The position numbers and the translations under genes were made by a program. Shown piece after piece: positions 1 through 9,038 of a DNA stretch of 32,000 nt. Every line of letters begins with the position of its first letter. Position 1 is the stretch's first letter. The DNA is from Ktedonobacterales bacterium (GTDB taxonomy: Bacteria; Chloroflexota; Ktedonobacteria; Ktedonobacterales; JADMIN01): positions 1,170,001 to 1,202,000 of the forward strand of contig CP126532.1 of the NCBI GenBank assembly GCA_030167145.1, read 5' to 3'. Below the pieces are notes generated by a model that had not been told where the DNA came from, did not search any database, and saw only the letters and a list, made by a program, of their open reading frames with translations.

Positions 1-808
1 ACTGAAACAGCCCCTTGCCGTAGACCCGCTGACCGCTGCCCGGCGCCCGCCAATACTCCTGCTCTTTATCCTGACCGGCCATCCAGGCAAAGAAATCCCG
101 GCATATGAAATCGTAGTAGAGGTACGACTTGTCCCGGTACTGGTAGGTCTCGATGAACTGGTAGGCCAACGTGTCTATGAGCAGGCCGCTAATTGGCACC
201 GACCACTGCTGCTTCCATGCCCGCATCATCCGGCACAGGCGCATCAGGTTGTCGTTGCAGGCCGCGTTCCGGGTGCGCATCGCTGCGATCTCGGGTTTGG
301 GGTTCGTCGTTTTCCAGCTGCCGCCGCCGTTGGTGTCCGGAAATGTGTAGCTGTCGTCGGTGTTGCGGAAGGCCGGCAGGACTTCAAAGCTGATCCCGTC
401 GTCCCAGTTCACCTGCACGACTTGCCCGTCGGCACCGATGTGTGACGTGGAGTACGTCTTCGCCATCGAGTTGCGCACTGCTTGCAGGAGGGCGGACTGC
501 CCATTGCCGGCATGACCGTCGTACTGCTGGTAGACCGCGTACGGCAATTGAAAGAGCATATCGACGTCGCTGGGCCCGGCGATCGCCGTGTTCCGCCCGT
601 AGGAGCCGACGTACAGACTGTGCTCGGTGTCCGAGGTCGTGGTCCAGAAATCGGTGTTCAGCTGCCCGGTGATGCGCTGGTAGCGATACGAGATGGTGTT
701 GCCGTCTTTGTTTTGCAGGTTTGCACAGAACGTGCTGAACCAGCCGGCCAGTCCCATTTCCTTGCCTCCCGCGCCAACAAATATGCTGCCGGAGGGCGCG
801 GCAGTCAT
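1..808 (-). CDS. Partial Pol-beta-fold nucleotidyltransferase, SMODS/CD-NTase-like; C-terminus lies beyond the left window edge
   Basis: Not in the ORF track because it is open at the edge. My minus-strand translation from ATG (808-806) reads MTAAPSGSIFVGAGGKEMGLAGWFSTFCANLQNKDG...SLYVGSYGRNTAIAGPSDVDMLFQLPYAVY...GISFEVLPAFRN...WKTTNPKPE...LMRLCRMMRAWKQQW... and stays open for 269 codons to position 1. The GS-x-x-R-x-TA-I...S-D-V-D motif plus a later acidic residue in the FEVLP strand matches the catalytic layout of minimal NTases and cGAS/DncV-like enzymes. GAGGTG lies about 7 nt upstream of the ATG. Alternative start ATG at 757. Confidence 0.6.
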   Translation of the reverse strand, partial: MTAAPSGSIFVGAGGKEMGLAGWFSTFCANLQNKDGNTISYRYQRITGQLNTDFWTTTSDTEHSLYVGSYGRNTAIAGPSDVDMLFQLPYAVYQQYDGHAGNGQSALLQAVRNSMAKTYSTSHIGADGQVVQVNWDDGISFEVLPAFRNTDDSYTFPDTNGGGSWKTTNPKPEIAAMRTRNAACNDNLMRLCRMMRAWKQQWSVPISGLLIDTLAYQFIETYQYRDKSYLYYDFICRDFFAWMAGQDKEQEYWRAPGSGQRVYGKGLFQ

Positions 809-910
809 GTAGCCACACCTCGTCCAGGACACAGGCAGCACGTGTCGTCTGCCCTTCCAGTGCCAGATGGGGCTGCTCTGTGCGGTACGTGTCCCTGCAT
901 TGCTGCTCAG

Positions 911-940
911 ATTGTATCACAAAGCGAAGGAGCGTTCGAA
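911..940 (-). promoter_or_regulatory. Candidate sigma70-type promoter with extended -10 for the CD-NTase-like gene
   Basis: Minus strand reads TTCGAA (940-935), an 18-nt spacer ending in TGa, then TACAAT (916-911), about 100 nt upstream of the ATG at 808. The 12-mer TTGTGATACAAT is identical to the one at 29073-29084. Confidence 0.35.
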
Positions 941-1324
941 CACGTGTACCAGTGCGCATTGATGCTCACAGAGGCAGCGGGTCAAGCCGGTCAGCCACAT
1001 GTCGCGCACGATCACCAACTTGAGCGGATTGGCGGGATTCTTAAAGCGCTTGGCGATATCATCGCGGCCCTTCTTATTGCGAATGTGCGGCTGCCAGTCG
1101 AGCGGATCAGTGGCCGAGCCGGTCATGACGACTTTGAGCGCGCCGCTCGCGTCATCGTCGCTGTGCCACTCAGGTCGCAGCCGGATGAGCGCGCGGTCGA
1201 CTTCAATGGCGGGACTCTCACGGCTCTTGGCATCCAATATCGTTAAGATCCGAAACCGTTGCCTGCTCGCCAGGTTGTCACTTTCTGCAATGCGTGCCAG
1301 GACACGGTATGCGCGAATCGTCAC
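917..1324 (-). pseudogene. hsdR: Relic of a type I restriction enzyme R subunit (HsdR); internal/C-terminal helicase-region fragment only
   Basis: The 135-aa ORF contains [65 protein letters not shown]. This block is characteristic of HsdR proteins, which are normally about 1000 aa. Similarity is lost after WLTG, and the fragment is bounded by unrelated genes on both sides. Confidence 0.7.
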
Positions 1325-1350
1325 ACAAGGTCGCGCGCCGGGGCCGGACG

Positions 1351-2553
1351 TTATGCGCTCCGGGACAGAGCGTTCGGGCCAATCTCGTCGACATTACGGT
1401 ATCCGCTGAGCCCGACTGTTAGGTCGAAGTCCGCGAGCAGGCTACGCAGGACGTGTCGCACGCCTCGCTCGCCACCCTGACCCAGCCCGAACGCTACTGG
1501 GCGCCCAACCAAGACTGCCCGGGCACCAAGCGCGAGCGCTTTGAATATGTCCGAACCACTGCGTATTCCGGAATCGAAAAGCACTTCCAGACGGTCACCC
1601 ACGGCCCGAACGATGTCTGGAAGAACATCCAAGGAGCCCACAGCGCCGTCTACCTGGCGCCCACCATGGTTGGATACCACAATCCCGTCCGCTCCAACAT
1701 CTATTGCGAACAACGCATCATCTGGATGCTGGATTCCCTTGAGTACCATTGGCCCACCCCAATGCCGCCGCAAGAATTCCACATACTGCCATGTCCGATC
1801 AACGTCATTAAATATCTCGGACCATCTCTTTACTGCCGCTACGAGGTCGACAGTCGGTGGCGCATCAAGCTGCGAGAGAAAGACTGGATCGGTGAATGGT
1901 ATGGCCGACCCAACGCCTAGGTTGAAAGCGGGATACGCACCGTCTAGATCGTTAGGTCGCCAACCAAGAGACCAGCAGTCGATGGTTACAACAAGCGTCG
2001 TGAATCCGGCACTCTCGGCCCGACGAAGCATGCTCAGACAAAGCTGTTCGTCGTTCGGCCAGTAAAGCTGGAACCACCTAGGTCCGTCTCCGCAGGCTGC
2101 TGCAACCTCCTCAATTGAGCGTGACGCGGTGGTTGAAAGCACCAACGGTATTCCCAGCGATGACGCCGCACGTGCAGTAGCCAGTTCACCATCCGGATGC
2201 ATGACGTTCTGGATCCCAATTGGTGCGACTAGCACTGGTGCCGGCATGTACGTTCCAAGAACTGTGCGAGCGAGACTGCGCACCGTTGCGCCGCGCAACA
2301 TGCGGGGCACGATTCGCCATCGGTAGAAAGCTTCGCGATTGGCTCGCATAGTTGCGCCAGTGCCCGCCCCTCCAGCGACGAACCAATATGCGCCGGGGCT
2401 CATGTTTTCGCGGGCTTGTACTTCGAGCTTGGTTGCATCCGTACTGAGACCAGGCTTGACGCCGCTAACCCCGAGGTCGTAGATCTCGGACTGGTACTTC
2501 CAGAACGGTTCGCTCATAGGTGGCACAACCTTTCCGCGTTCTCCGATTTGCAT
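1351..2553 (-). CDS. FMN-dependent alpha-hydroxy-acid oxidase/dehydrogenase (lactate 2-monooxygenase/LldD-like)
   Basis: 400 aa. Motifs seen: [29 protein letters not shown], and an N-terminal ...[19 protein letters not shown] segment, all typical of the FMN-dependent dehydrogenase family. Last gene of a tightly packed minus-strand operon. Confidence 0.85.
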   Translation of the reverse strand: MQIGERGKVVPPMSEPFWKYQSEIYDLGVSGVKPGLSTDATKLEVQARENMSPGAYWFVAGGAGTGATMRANREAFYRWRIVPRMLRGATVRSLARTVLGTYMPAPVLVAPIGIQNVMHPDGELATARAASSLGIPLVLSTTASRSIEEVAAACGDGPRWFQLYWPNDEQLCLSMLRRAESAGFTTLVVTIDCWSLGWRPNDLDGAYPAFNLGVGSAIPFTDPVFLSQLDAPPTVDLVAAVKRWSEIFNDVDRTWQYVEFLRRHWGGPMVLKGIQHPDDALFAIDVGADGIVVSNHGGRQVDGAVGSLDVLPDIVRAVGDRLEVLFDSGIRSGSDIFKALALGARAVLVGRPVAFGLGQGGERGVRHVLRSLLADFDLTVGLSGYRNVDEIGPNALSRSA

Positions 2554-2561
2554 CTCACTCG

Positions 2562-3785
2562 CTATAACGGGGTGCCGCGCTTTAACGCAGGCCCTAGGAC
2601 TTGGGCCATTATCTCCACCGCGCCACCGAAATAATCCACGTCTCGGGCCAGCGCCAGTCGCAACATGTTCCGCATAATCCAGGTGTCGTGGAAAAACACA
2701 CTTCCCGCCACGACGCCTACATCAGCGTCCAGCAATCGGAGTCGCGCATGCTCGTCCCGATAGCCCTCCGGTAGGGTCAGCACAACGAGCGAGCCCGCAA
2801 GAGGACTCCGCACCTCAATCCCGGTACCCATTAGCGCCAGTTCGAGCGTTTGAAGATTCTCACGACATAGCCTACGCAAAACATCGACGTATTCACGATC
2901 CCTTGCTACCTCGAGGATACGCGAGAAGGTCATCTTCTGCCGAACAGAAATGTCGAATTGTGTCACCGCGAGCGCCTCCTCGACGTACCGGCTGACTTCA
3001 TCGTTGGAGGTGATGATGAAGCCCAACTTGTCGCCAGCAAGCCCGATTGTCTTTCCTGTGTCCCAAAGGCCAACCCACAGGTTGCTATCATCAGCCGCAT
3101 CCCACACTCGCGCCGGTATATCTTGGTGGACTCCAGCTAAGAGGAATGAATGATCGACCAGCAATGGGGCATCGTGCTCAGCGCAAGCCCGAGCGACGAA
3201 GTGAAGTGCATCGGAGTCCCAGAGGAAGCCGGTGGGGTTCTCCGGGGACGCGAGTAGTACAAGCCGCCCGTCATCCGGGAAGGCCTGCCGTAGCCAAGCA
3301 AGACGATCAACGAGGGCCTGGGCATCAAGCTCGCCAAGCGCTTGCCCGCGATTGCTTCGCACGTAGTGCGCACGTACGTGTGAGTGCTCAGCAAGAAGAA
3401 GGCCCATTATATCAATACAGGGTGAGGTGGTGACGACTTGGACAACCTTACGACCGCGACTTTTGAGCAGATTGATCATTCCAGTTAGAGCCCGATCGAG
3501 CGCTATGCTTCCAGAGTATGTGGAAAACACTTTCCAATCCGACGAGTCGCCTCGCATACCGAGAAACGAGCGAACGGCCTCATCTAAACGTTGCGAAGCG
3601 TCGTGCCCCAGATCGCTGTGCCCCACTTGGCCATTGAATGTGTCGAGCCACCCAGCATCCGAGTATGCGTCGAGAATGTAGTCCGGAACCATGATCTGGG
3701 CGTAGCCAGACCCAAGGTCGTAGTGCGCCAAGGACGCCGACTTTAGCTGCGACGTCAACGTAACGGCGGGGTCAACTCTCATCAC
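2562..3785 (-). CDS. PLP-dependent aminotransferase-like enzyme (fold type I, class I/II-like)
   Basis: 407 aa. SPENPTG motif, LLVDHSF, and a candidate PLP lysine in WDTGKTIGLAGDKLGF. Its start overlaps the stop of the upstream gene (GTGATG context at 3785-3780). The likely true start is the ATG at 3782. Confidence 0.65.
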   Translation of the reverse strand: MMRVDPAVTLTSQLKSASLAHYDLGSGYAQIMVPDYILDAYSDAGWLDTFNGQVGHSDLGHDASQRLDEAVRSFLGMRGDSSDWKVFSTYSGSIALDRALTGMINLLKSRGRKVVQVVTTSPCIDIMGLLLAEHSHVRAHYVRSNRGQALGELDAQALVDRLAWLRQAFPDDGRLVLLASPENPTGFLWDSDALHFVARACAEHDAPLLVDHSFLLAGVHQDIPARVWDAADDSNLWVGLWDTGKTIGLAGDKLGFIITSNDEVSRYVEEALAVTQFDISVRQKMTFSRILEVARDREYVDVLRRLCRENLQTLELALMGTGIEVRSPLAGSLVVLTLPEGYRDEHARLRLLDADVGVVAGSVFFHDTWIMRNMLRLALARDVDYFGGAVEIMAQVLGPALKRGTPL

Positions 3786-6229
3786 GCACTCTGCCGACTG
3801 GGTGGATAAATCGCAATGCGAAATCCGAGATCAAAATACGAGCTGTATGGCGGATCGCACAGGCGATATGCCGGGTTCCAGCTTGCTTCCTCGTCAACCG
3901 AGAAGAAGGATCCTCCGCGCACGGCCCGAAACGAAAGGTCGTTCAGGTCCGACGTCCTCTCCCTGAATTCATGGGAGATTAGCCGCTCCTGAAAGATGTC
4001 TACTGGATCCCAGGCTGTCGCGCCGAACGAAGTGGACATCTCATCCGACGGCACGATCGTCCCAAACACGCGAGATCTAGTCCATTCCCAGACGTTGCCA
4101 ATCATGTCTGTGGGACCAGCCCCTACGGGAACGGGAAAGACGCCAACGTGAAGTGGACGCAAGATGCTGCGTGCCCTGCCTTGCGCCAGACTTGAGCCTT
4201 CACCTTCGTCGCCGCGACGAAGGTGGGCTGGGTATGCATGATCACGTAGCAGCCGCGACGCTTGCGGCGTTTGCGCTGCCTCGTAATACAAGCGTCGTAT
4301 GCCTTCCCACTCCCAGTCGGTAAGAAGGTCAGCACGCGATCCCGGCGGGAATCCGGCTGTAGGAAGAATGTTTGCAGTCCACCAACGACAAAATGCCATG
4401 GCCTCCCACCACGTAACGCCGACGACTGGGTTCCCCTTTGCGCTGTAGCGATCGTCGACCTGCGTTGGGTCCCACAGTGCAACTCTTCCTCGTGGATGCA
4501 GTGCCCTATCGCGAGCCACATCCAACGGATCGCGAGAGCCATCAGACCTTCGGATGACGGCACTCTCGCGGCGTTCTTTCCAGAAACACCTTTCCGCAGT
4601 TAGCTCGAACGAGCGCTCGATTTCGCGCAGCAGGTTTTCGTCCTGCTCAATCCATTGCTTCCCTGTGGCTGTGAAGTAACGATCCCGGCCCGGAGCATGC
4701 CAGAACGCACGGAACTGTTCCGTCGCCACCAAGAAATTCGCCACCCATAGCGGCCCAATTGTGACTTCCTGTGGAAAATACGGAGCCACAGGCTTGGCTA
4801 GGTCTGAGCGGTGAGGCATGCGTTCGATGCCGATGGGGACGTTCTGGTTCTCAACATACGTGAAGACCCCGCTTGGTGCGGCGGAGCCGACGGGAATATA
4901 CGTGCGCGGATCACCGAGGAGAGAAAACGCGTCAGAGAGGTCCCACCAAAGCGTTGGGCTATCGAACTTCTTGCGCAAGTCGGAGGGTACCCCGTTGTTG
5001 GTTTCGGTCGCTCTCTCTCGGACTAGAGTCGAGCACCGGCTGATAACAACGTCGGTAAGCCCCCCCTGGATTCGCTCCAGCTCGGCAGCTACCAGCGCTT
5101 GGATGTAGACGACGTAAGGAATATCGTTAAGGCCATCAGTGGCGAGCACAAAGCGCTTTAAGTGCTCAATCAGGAGGCCAACCACGCCAGTCGCTTGACC
5201 GATGTCGTGCTTCTGTACGATGTGGTTCAAAAGCAGACGCACGGCGGGGACGCTGTTTGGCGTGCGAGCCATCTCCTCGAACTCGATCTTCCCGAGCAGT
5301 ACGCCAACGGCTAGAGCAACTGCTCGATAGCCATCATGCAGAAAGCCGGTATCGTCCACTATACCTTCAATAGGCGTGTGGAACTTGCTGGGGTTGCGGT
5401 TTGCTGCGATTTCAAGCAGCGAATCGAATCGGCCAGCGCCCAACCTTGAATCTATGGACATTTGGAAAAGTTCCAAGGGGGTGCTGTTGGCGAAACCTTC
5501 GCCTAGAATTCGATCCTTGATCGCCCGCGCGAGCACGCCGAAGTAGAAGGGCGTTTCAAGGAAGCCCGGCAGATCGCCAGCCAGATCGCGCAGCATTGAG
5601 GTCTGCAGAGTGTCCAATCCATAGCGATCAGCAACCGTGTCCAAGCAGTCGAGGAAAATGGGCGTGCCAGCCTCGAAGGGAAGCAGCGTGACGGCCGCGT
5701 CCGGCACGCGTTCTATCCACTGGCCGGCTGCATCGAATGTTCCAGGTCGCGCAAGAGCAACGACGGGGCGCGCTCGTAACTCCTGGTTAACCTTCTTGGC
5801 GAACTCTTGCGGAGGATCAAGATCGCTTGCTTCCATTATGGTGCAGCTGCTAAGCCAACCGGACGCTAGGCGATCCGATCGATGAATGTCTGCTGCCTTT
5901 TGCCTTATCTGCTTGAGTAGAAGGCCAGCAACGGTAGTCTTGCCTATACCAAGCTCGCCTCTCACAAACGCCAGGAACGAGTCTCGCCCAGCAGCGTGGG
6001 CGGTCTCCAACTCGAGGAGTAGACGGTCGACGATCGGAGGCTCAATCTGAAAACGGTCGACGCCGTTGAGGCTATCTTCCCACCTGTACGCCCACTTGAA
6101 CCGCGATGTGTTGGGAGTGCTTGGCGAAGAATGATCTTGTGTGGTCGGAGGTGTTGGCGGTGCGGGTGGCCTAGGCGTGCCATCGGCCGGCATTCGCGGC
6201 CCCCACTTGCCGAAAAGACGCTTGGACAT
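3782..6229 (-). CDS. P-loop NTPase (STAND/AAA-like N-terminal region) fused to a C-terminal FGE-sulfatase (SUMF1/FGS) domain
   Basis: 815 aa. Pro-rich N-terminus. Walker A GELGIGKTT (nt 5933-5959). Long helical middle region. The C-terminal ~300 aa carry GNPVVGVTWWEAMAFCRWW, GNVWEWTRS and VRGGSFFS, which are hallmarks of the FGE-sulfatase fold. The Cys pair of true formylglycine-generating enzymes is not evident. Confidence 0.75.
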   Translation of the reverse strand: MSKRLFGKWGPRMPADGTPRPPAPPTPPTTQDHSSPSTPNTSRFKWAYRWEDSLNGVDRFQIEPPIVDRLLLELETAHAAGRDSFLAFVRGELGIGKTTVAGLLLKQIRQKAADIHRSDRLASGWLSSCTIMEASDLDPPQEFAKKVNQELRARPVVALARPGTFDAAGQWIERVPDAAVTLLPFEAGTPIFLDCLDTVADRYGLDTLQTSMLRDLAGDLPGFLETPFYFGVLARAIKDRILGEGFANSTPLELFQMSIDSRLGAGRFDSLLEIAANRNPSKFHTPIEGIVDDTGFLHDGYRAVALAVGVLLGKIEFEEMARTPNSVPAVRLLLNHIVQKHDIGQATGVVGLLIEHLKRFVLATDGLNDIPYVVYIQALVAAELERIQGGLTDVVISRCSTLVRERATETNNGVPSDLRKKFDSPTLWWDLSDAFSLLGDPRTYIPVGSAAPSGVFTYVENQNVPIGIERMPHRSDLAKPVAPYFPQEVTIGPLWVANFLVATEQFRAFWHAPGRDRYFTATGKQWIEQDENLLREIERSFELTAERCFWKERRESAVIRRSDGSRDPLDVARDRALHPRGRVALWDPTQVDDRYSAKGNPVVGVTWWEAMAFCRWWTANILPTAGFPPGSRADLLTDWEWEGIRRLYYEAAQTPQASRLLRDHAYPAHLRRGDEGEGSSLAQGRARSILRPLHVGVFPVPVGAGPTDMIGNVWEWTRSRVFGTIVPSDEMSTSFGATAWDPVDIFQERLISHEFRERTSDLNDLSFRAVRGGSFFSVDEEASWNPAYRLCDPPYSSYFDLGFRIAIYPPSRQSA

Positions 6230-6238
6230 ATCGGCGAC

Positions 6239-6664
6239 CTACCTCGTCACCTTTCCCGTGAACTTCTTAACCCGCTTTCGACCCGTCAGGTCAGAAAAGC
6301 GCAACTCGACACTTACATGAGCCTCCGACCCAGGCAGACTGGCCGCCGGCGTCCAAGCGAAGGCATGCTTTCCTGGCGGGATTATGCCAGCAATCGTGCT
6401 GTTGATAGTGTCCTCCATCTGTACCGAGTCGAGGTCCCAGCGTAGGAATACTTCCCATTGGTATATCGGGTAGTCTGTTACGTTGGACATCACGAGCGAC
6501 CATGCGCTGGGAGAACTGGTCGCCTCTACCCAGGCGAATACCGCGCCTAGCCTAGCCTCACGCGCGTCGTTGAGTGCGCGCATGGAGAAGACCAAGGCTG
6601 TAATTACAGCACCGAGACTGCCGAGTCCTGATACCCACTCGGCTACAGAACCCCACTGGATCAT
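6239..6664 (-). CDS. Hypothetical small protein with an N-terminal transmembrane helix
   Basis: 141 aa. Hydrophobic segment WVSGLGSLGAVITALVF near the N-terminus. Only 9 nt and 11 nt gaps to the flanking operon genes support real coding status. Confidence 0.5.
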   Translation of the reverse strand: MIQWGSVAEWVSGLGSLGAVITALVFSMRALNDAREARLGAVFAWVEATSSPSAWSLVMSNVTDYPIYQWEVFLRWDLDSVQMEDTINSTIAGIIPPGKHAFAWTPAASLPGSEAHVSVELRFSDLTGRKRVKKFTGKVTR

Positions 6665-6675
6665 GTGGGAATAAC

Positions 6676-7692
6676 CTAGTTGTAAAGCGGGTTGGATGCC
6701 ATTTCAGCATTCCACTCACCGCGGCTCATTGCCTTGAGTCCATTGATCACGTTGTCTCGAACTTCGACCTCCACTGTGGCAAGGTCGAAATCGAGGCCTT
6801 GCTGTGGTCGCGGCTCGCCCGGTACACGCACTTGCCGTTCGGGGTCAAGAGGCCTACTTTGTTTAATCTCTTTAAAAAGACGTGCAGCTGCTTCGGCAAA
6901 GCTTCGACTTCCGCCAGTACGCGCAGGATCGATCGAAAGGAGCACCGCACCGAGATCGAACTCAGATTCCACCTCCAAACCCGCCTTTGCACCGACTAGC
7001 GGGCCGCACAACAGCTCGATAGCGACGTTCAGCGCGGAGCCCTTTGCTCCACCGAACGGAAGAACCGCGTTCACTTCCTCCGGTCTCGTCGTGAAGGCTC
7101 CAGCAGCGTTGAGGAACGTGTCCGCTGGGAGCGCCCGGCCCTCAAGGGCGGCTTGGCGAATTTCGCCCCAGACGACCTTCGACGTGGAGAAGTCGAAGGT
7201 CCGTATCCCAGATGACGACGGGAAGGAAAGGCAGATTGGGTTGGTGCCTGTAATTGGATCGGCCGAGCCGAACGGAGCCACCGCAGCGGGACCCGCTGAG
7301 CTCATGAGGATTCCCACGTAGCCGGCCGCCGCAACAATTTCCGTGTAGGGACGCAGCATGCTGTAGCGGCTAAAGTTGCGGGCCGTTACGATCGCCACTC
7401 CGAATTCCCGTGTTACGTCCACGGCCATGTTCGCGAGCCGACGCAGCAGGGCATAACCGTTACTGCTGTTTCCGTCAGCAGTGACCAAAGGGCCAACGGC
7501 ATGGATGTTCACCGGGGCCGCAGGGTCGCCGAGGTTCAGGGACAGCAGTTTGCCGACGCCGTGGGTCTTCTTGCCCAAGAGCTCGGCCAGCACGGCTTCT
7601 CTGGCCATCTGGGCAGCGGTCTCGCTTGGCACCTGTCGAGCGATGAGCGCGGCAGTCGCGAGCGTTTCCAGATCTGATGCTGTGATGCGCAC
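6676..7692 (-). CDS. Ldh2-family (malate/L-lactate dehydrogenase type 2) oxidoreductase
   Basis: 338 aa. The N-terminus ...AREAVLAELLGKKTHGVGKL... together with overall length and composition resembles the Ldh_2 family. First gene of the minus-strand operon. Confidence 0.75.
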   Translation of the reverse strand: MRITASDLETLATAALIARQVPSETAAQMAREAVLAELLGKKTHGVGKLLSLNLGDPAAPVNIHAVGPLVTADGNSSNGYALLRRLANMAVDVTREFGVAIVTARNFSRYSMLRPYTEIVAAAGYVGILMSSAGPAAVAPFGSADPITGTNPICLSFPSSSGIRTFDFSTSKVVWGEIRQAALEGRALPADTFLNAAGAFTTRPEEVNAVLPFGGAKGSALNVAIELLCGPLVGAKAGLEVESEFDLGAVLLSIDPARTGGSRSFAEAAARLFKEIKQSRPLDPERQVRVPGEPRPQQGLDFDLATVEVEVRDNVINGLKAMSRGEWNAEMASNPLYN

Positions 7693-8521
7693 GAAAAATC
7701 CCCCTGACCTAAGGGTCCAGTAGACTAATTAGAGGACGGAGCCGCACATGATAGCAGGCTGAGATCAGTGTTGTCCGAACTAGTGTGCGTTTCAAGATCA
7801 CTGTCCGCCGCTCCATTGTAGTATATACTGTAACTTAACTGATGTCAACCTTGCATGTTATCTTGCGTAGATAGACATACGGCTGCCAGTAGTGGTGCGC
7901 TCGCTCTGACAGATAAGGAGGGCGAGCGTGACTGGGGGTTCCCTTGGTTGAGGTGACGGCCGAGCAGCGCGGCCGGCGCGGCGTGTGCGCGACAGACGGC
8001 AGTATCAAGTCGTGCTCTTGCTGGCCACAGGCTGGTGCTGCGGTGCAGCAGGCGGTGAGATGTGGACGCACGCGTGCCTGTGCCTGGACAGCAGTATGGT
8101 GTGCGCGGGGACTGGCCGGGGTGACTAGCTGGCTACACGAGGTGGACAACCCCGCCGGAGATGTCATGTTTGTTCATAGTCATAAGCCTATAGTGACGCA
8201 AACAGCCGTCTCTCGCAATGATGGCAGAAGCTACGGGCGTCTGTAAGGTGCCGACAATGGCGGCGGGGACTACTTCGCGCGCGAGGGGGAAGTGCTCGGT
8301 ATCAGCCTCGGTCGCGTCGGCTAGCGATCACCAGTGTCGACGCGAACCCCGTGCTCCTGCACGCGAAGATGCGCACTATACCTCGCGTGCATAGGTAGCT
8401 CTGCGTGCGCCTAACAACACCGCGGCGCACGCAGGCGAGAAAGCAGGATGGTTGCCAAACAGGGCATCGAGTAGACGGAGCGCCTCGGGCGCCACCGGTG
8501 TCCCGGACGGCAGTGCATGCG

Positions 8522-8962
8522 TCAGGAGAGTTCCTCGGCCAGCGCGACGATGATGCCCGCAGGGCCTCGCATGTAGCAGAGCCGGTACAGGTTCTCGTAC
8601 TGGGCGACCTCGCCGATGAGTTCAGCGCCGTGGGCGCGCAGGCGAGCGACCGTGTCGTCGACGCTGTCGACGGCAAACATGACGCTCCGGAGGCCCAGCG
8701 TGTTCGGCGGGGCGATCGCCGGTTCGCTCTCGACCAGTTGTGGATGGCGAAACTTCGTCAGCTCAAGCCGCCCGTGGCCATCTGGGGTCCGCAGCATCAC
8801 AATGTCGACTTGGACACTTTCGAGCCCATTGACGCGATCCACCCACGGGCCCTCGACCGGCATCTCGCCTTCGAGCGTCATGCCGAGTGCGGTGAAGAAG
8901 GCAATGGCGGCTGGGAGGTCGTCGACGACGACGCTGACATGGTCCATTCGCTTGATCGTCAT
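8522..8962 (-). CDS. VOC-family (glyoxalase/bleomycin-resistance/dioxygenase fold) protein
   Basis: 146 aa. MDHVSVVVDDLPAAIAFFTALGMTLEGE... is a typical VOC N-terminal beta-alpha-beta module. Confidence 0.85.
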   Translation of the reverse strand: MTIKRMDHVSVVVDDLPAAIAFFTALGMTLEGEMPVEGPWVDRVNGLESVQVDIVMLRTPDGHGRLELTKFRHPQLVESEPAIAPPNTLGLRSVMFAVDSVDDTVARLRAHGAELIGEVAQYENLYRLCYMRGPAGIIVALAEELS

Positions 8963-9038
8963 GTCCCTAATTTAGTAAGGGCAATGCGCGACTGTCAAGG
9001 TTGACGGTGCTGACGCGTTGGCTGTCCAACAGAACCGG

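Noticed and set aside
193-1246. Track ORFs 193-393(+), 384-959(-), 442-672(+) and 482-1246(+)
   Set aside because: Their translations are Arg/Ala/Cys-rich and low complexity, typical of off-frame shadows in GC-rich DNA. The region is better explained by the edge-open CD-NTase-like frame (1-808, minus) and the HsdR relic.
3782-4750. Annotating the FGE-sulfatase domain as a true formylglycine-generating enzyme or EgtB/OvoA sulfoxide synthase
   Set aside because: The paired catalytic cysteines of FGE are not visible in the ...VRGGSFFSVDEEASWNPAYRLCD... region. No DinB-type metal-binding domain precedes it. The N-terminus is a P-loop NTPase instead.
7835-8246. ORFs 7835-8167(-) and 7944-8246(+) as genes
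   Set aside because: The translations are Cys/Arg/Ala-rich with no motif. The two ORFs mutually overlap on opposite strands, and neither has a convincing RBS. The region is treated as non-coding of unknown function.
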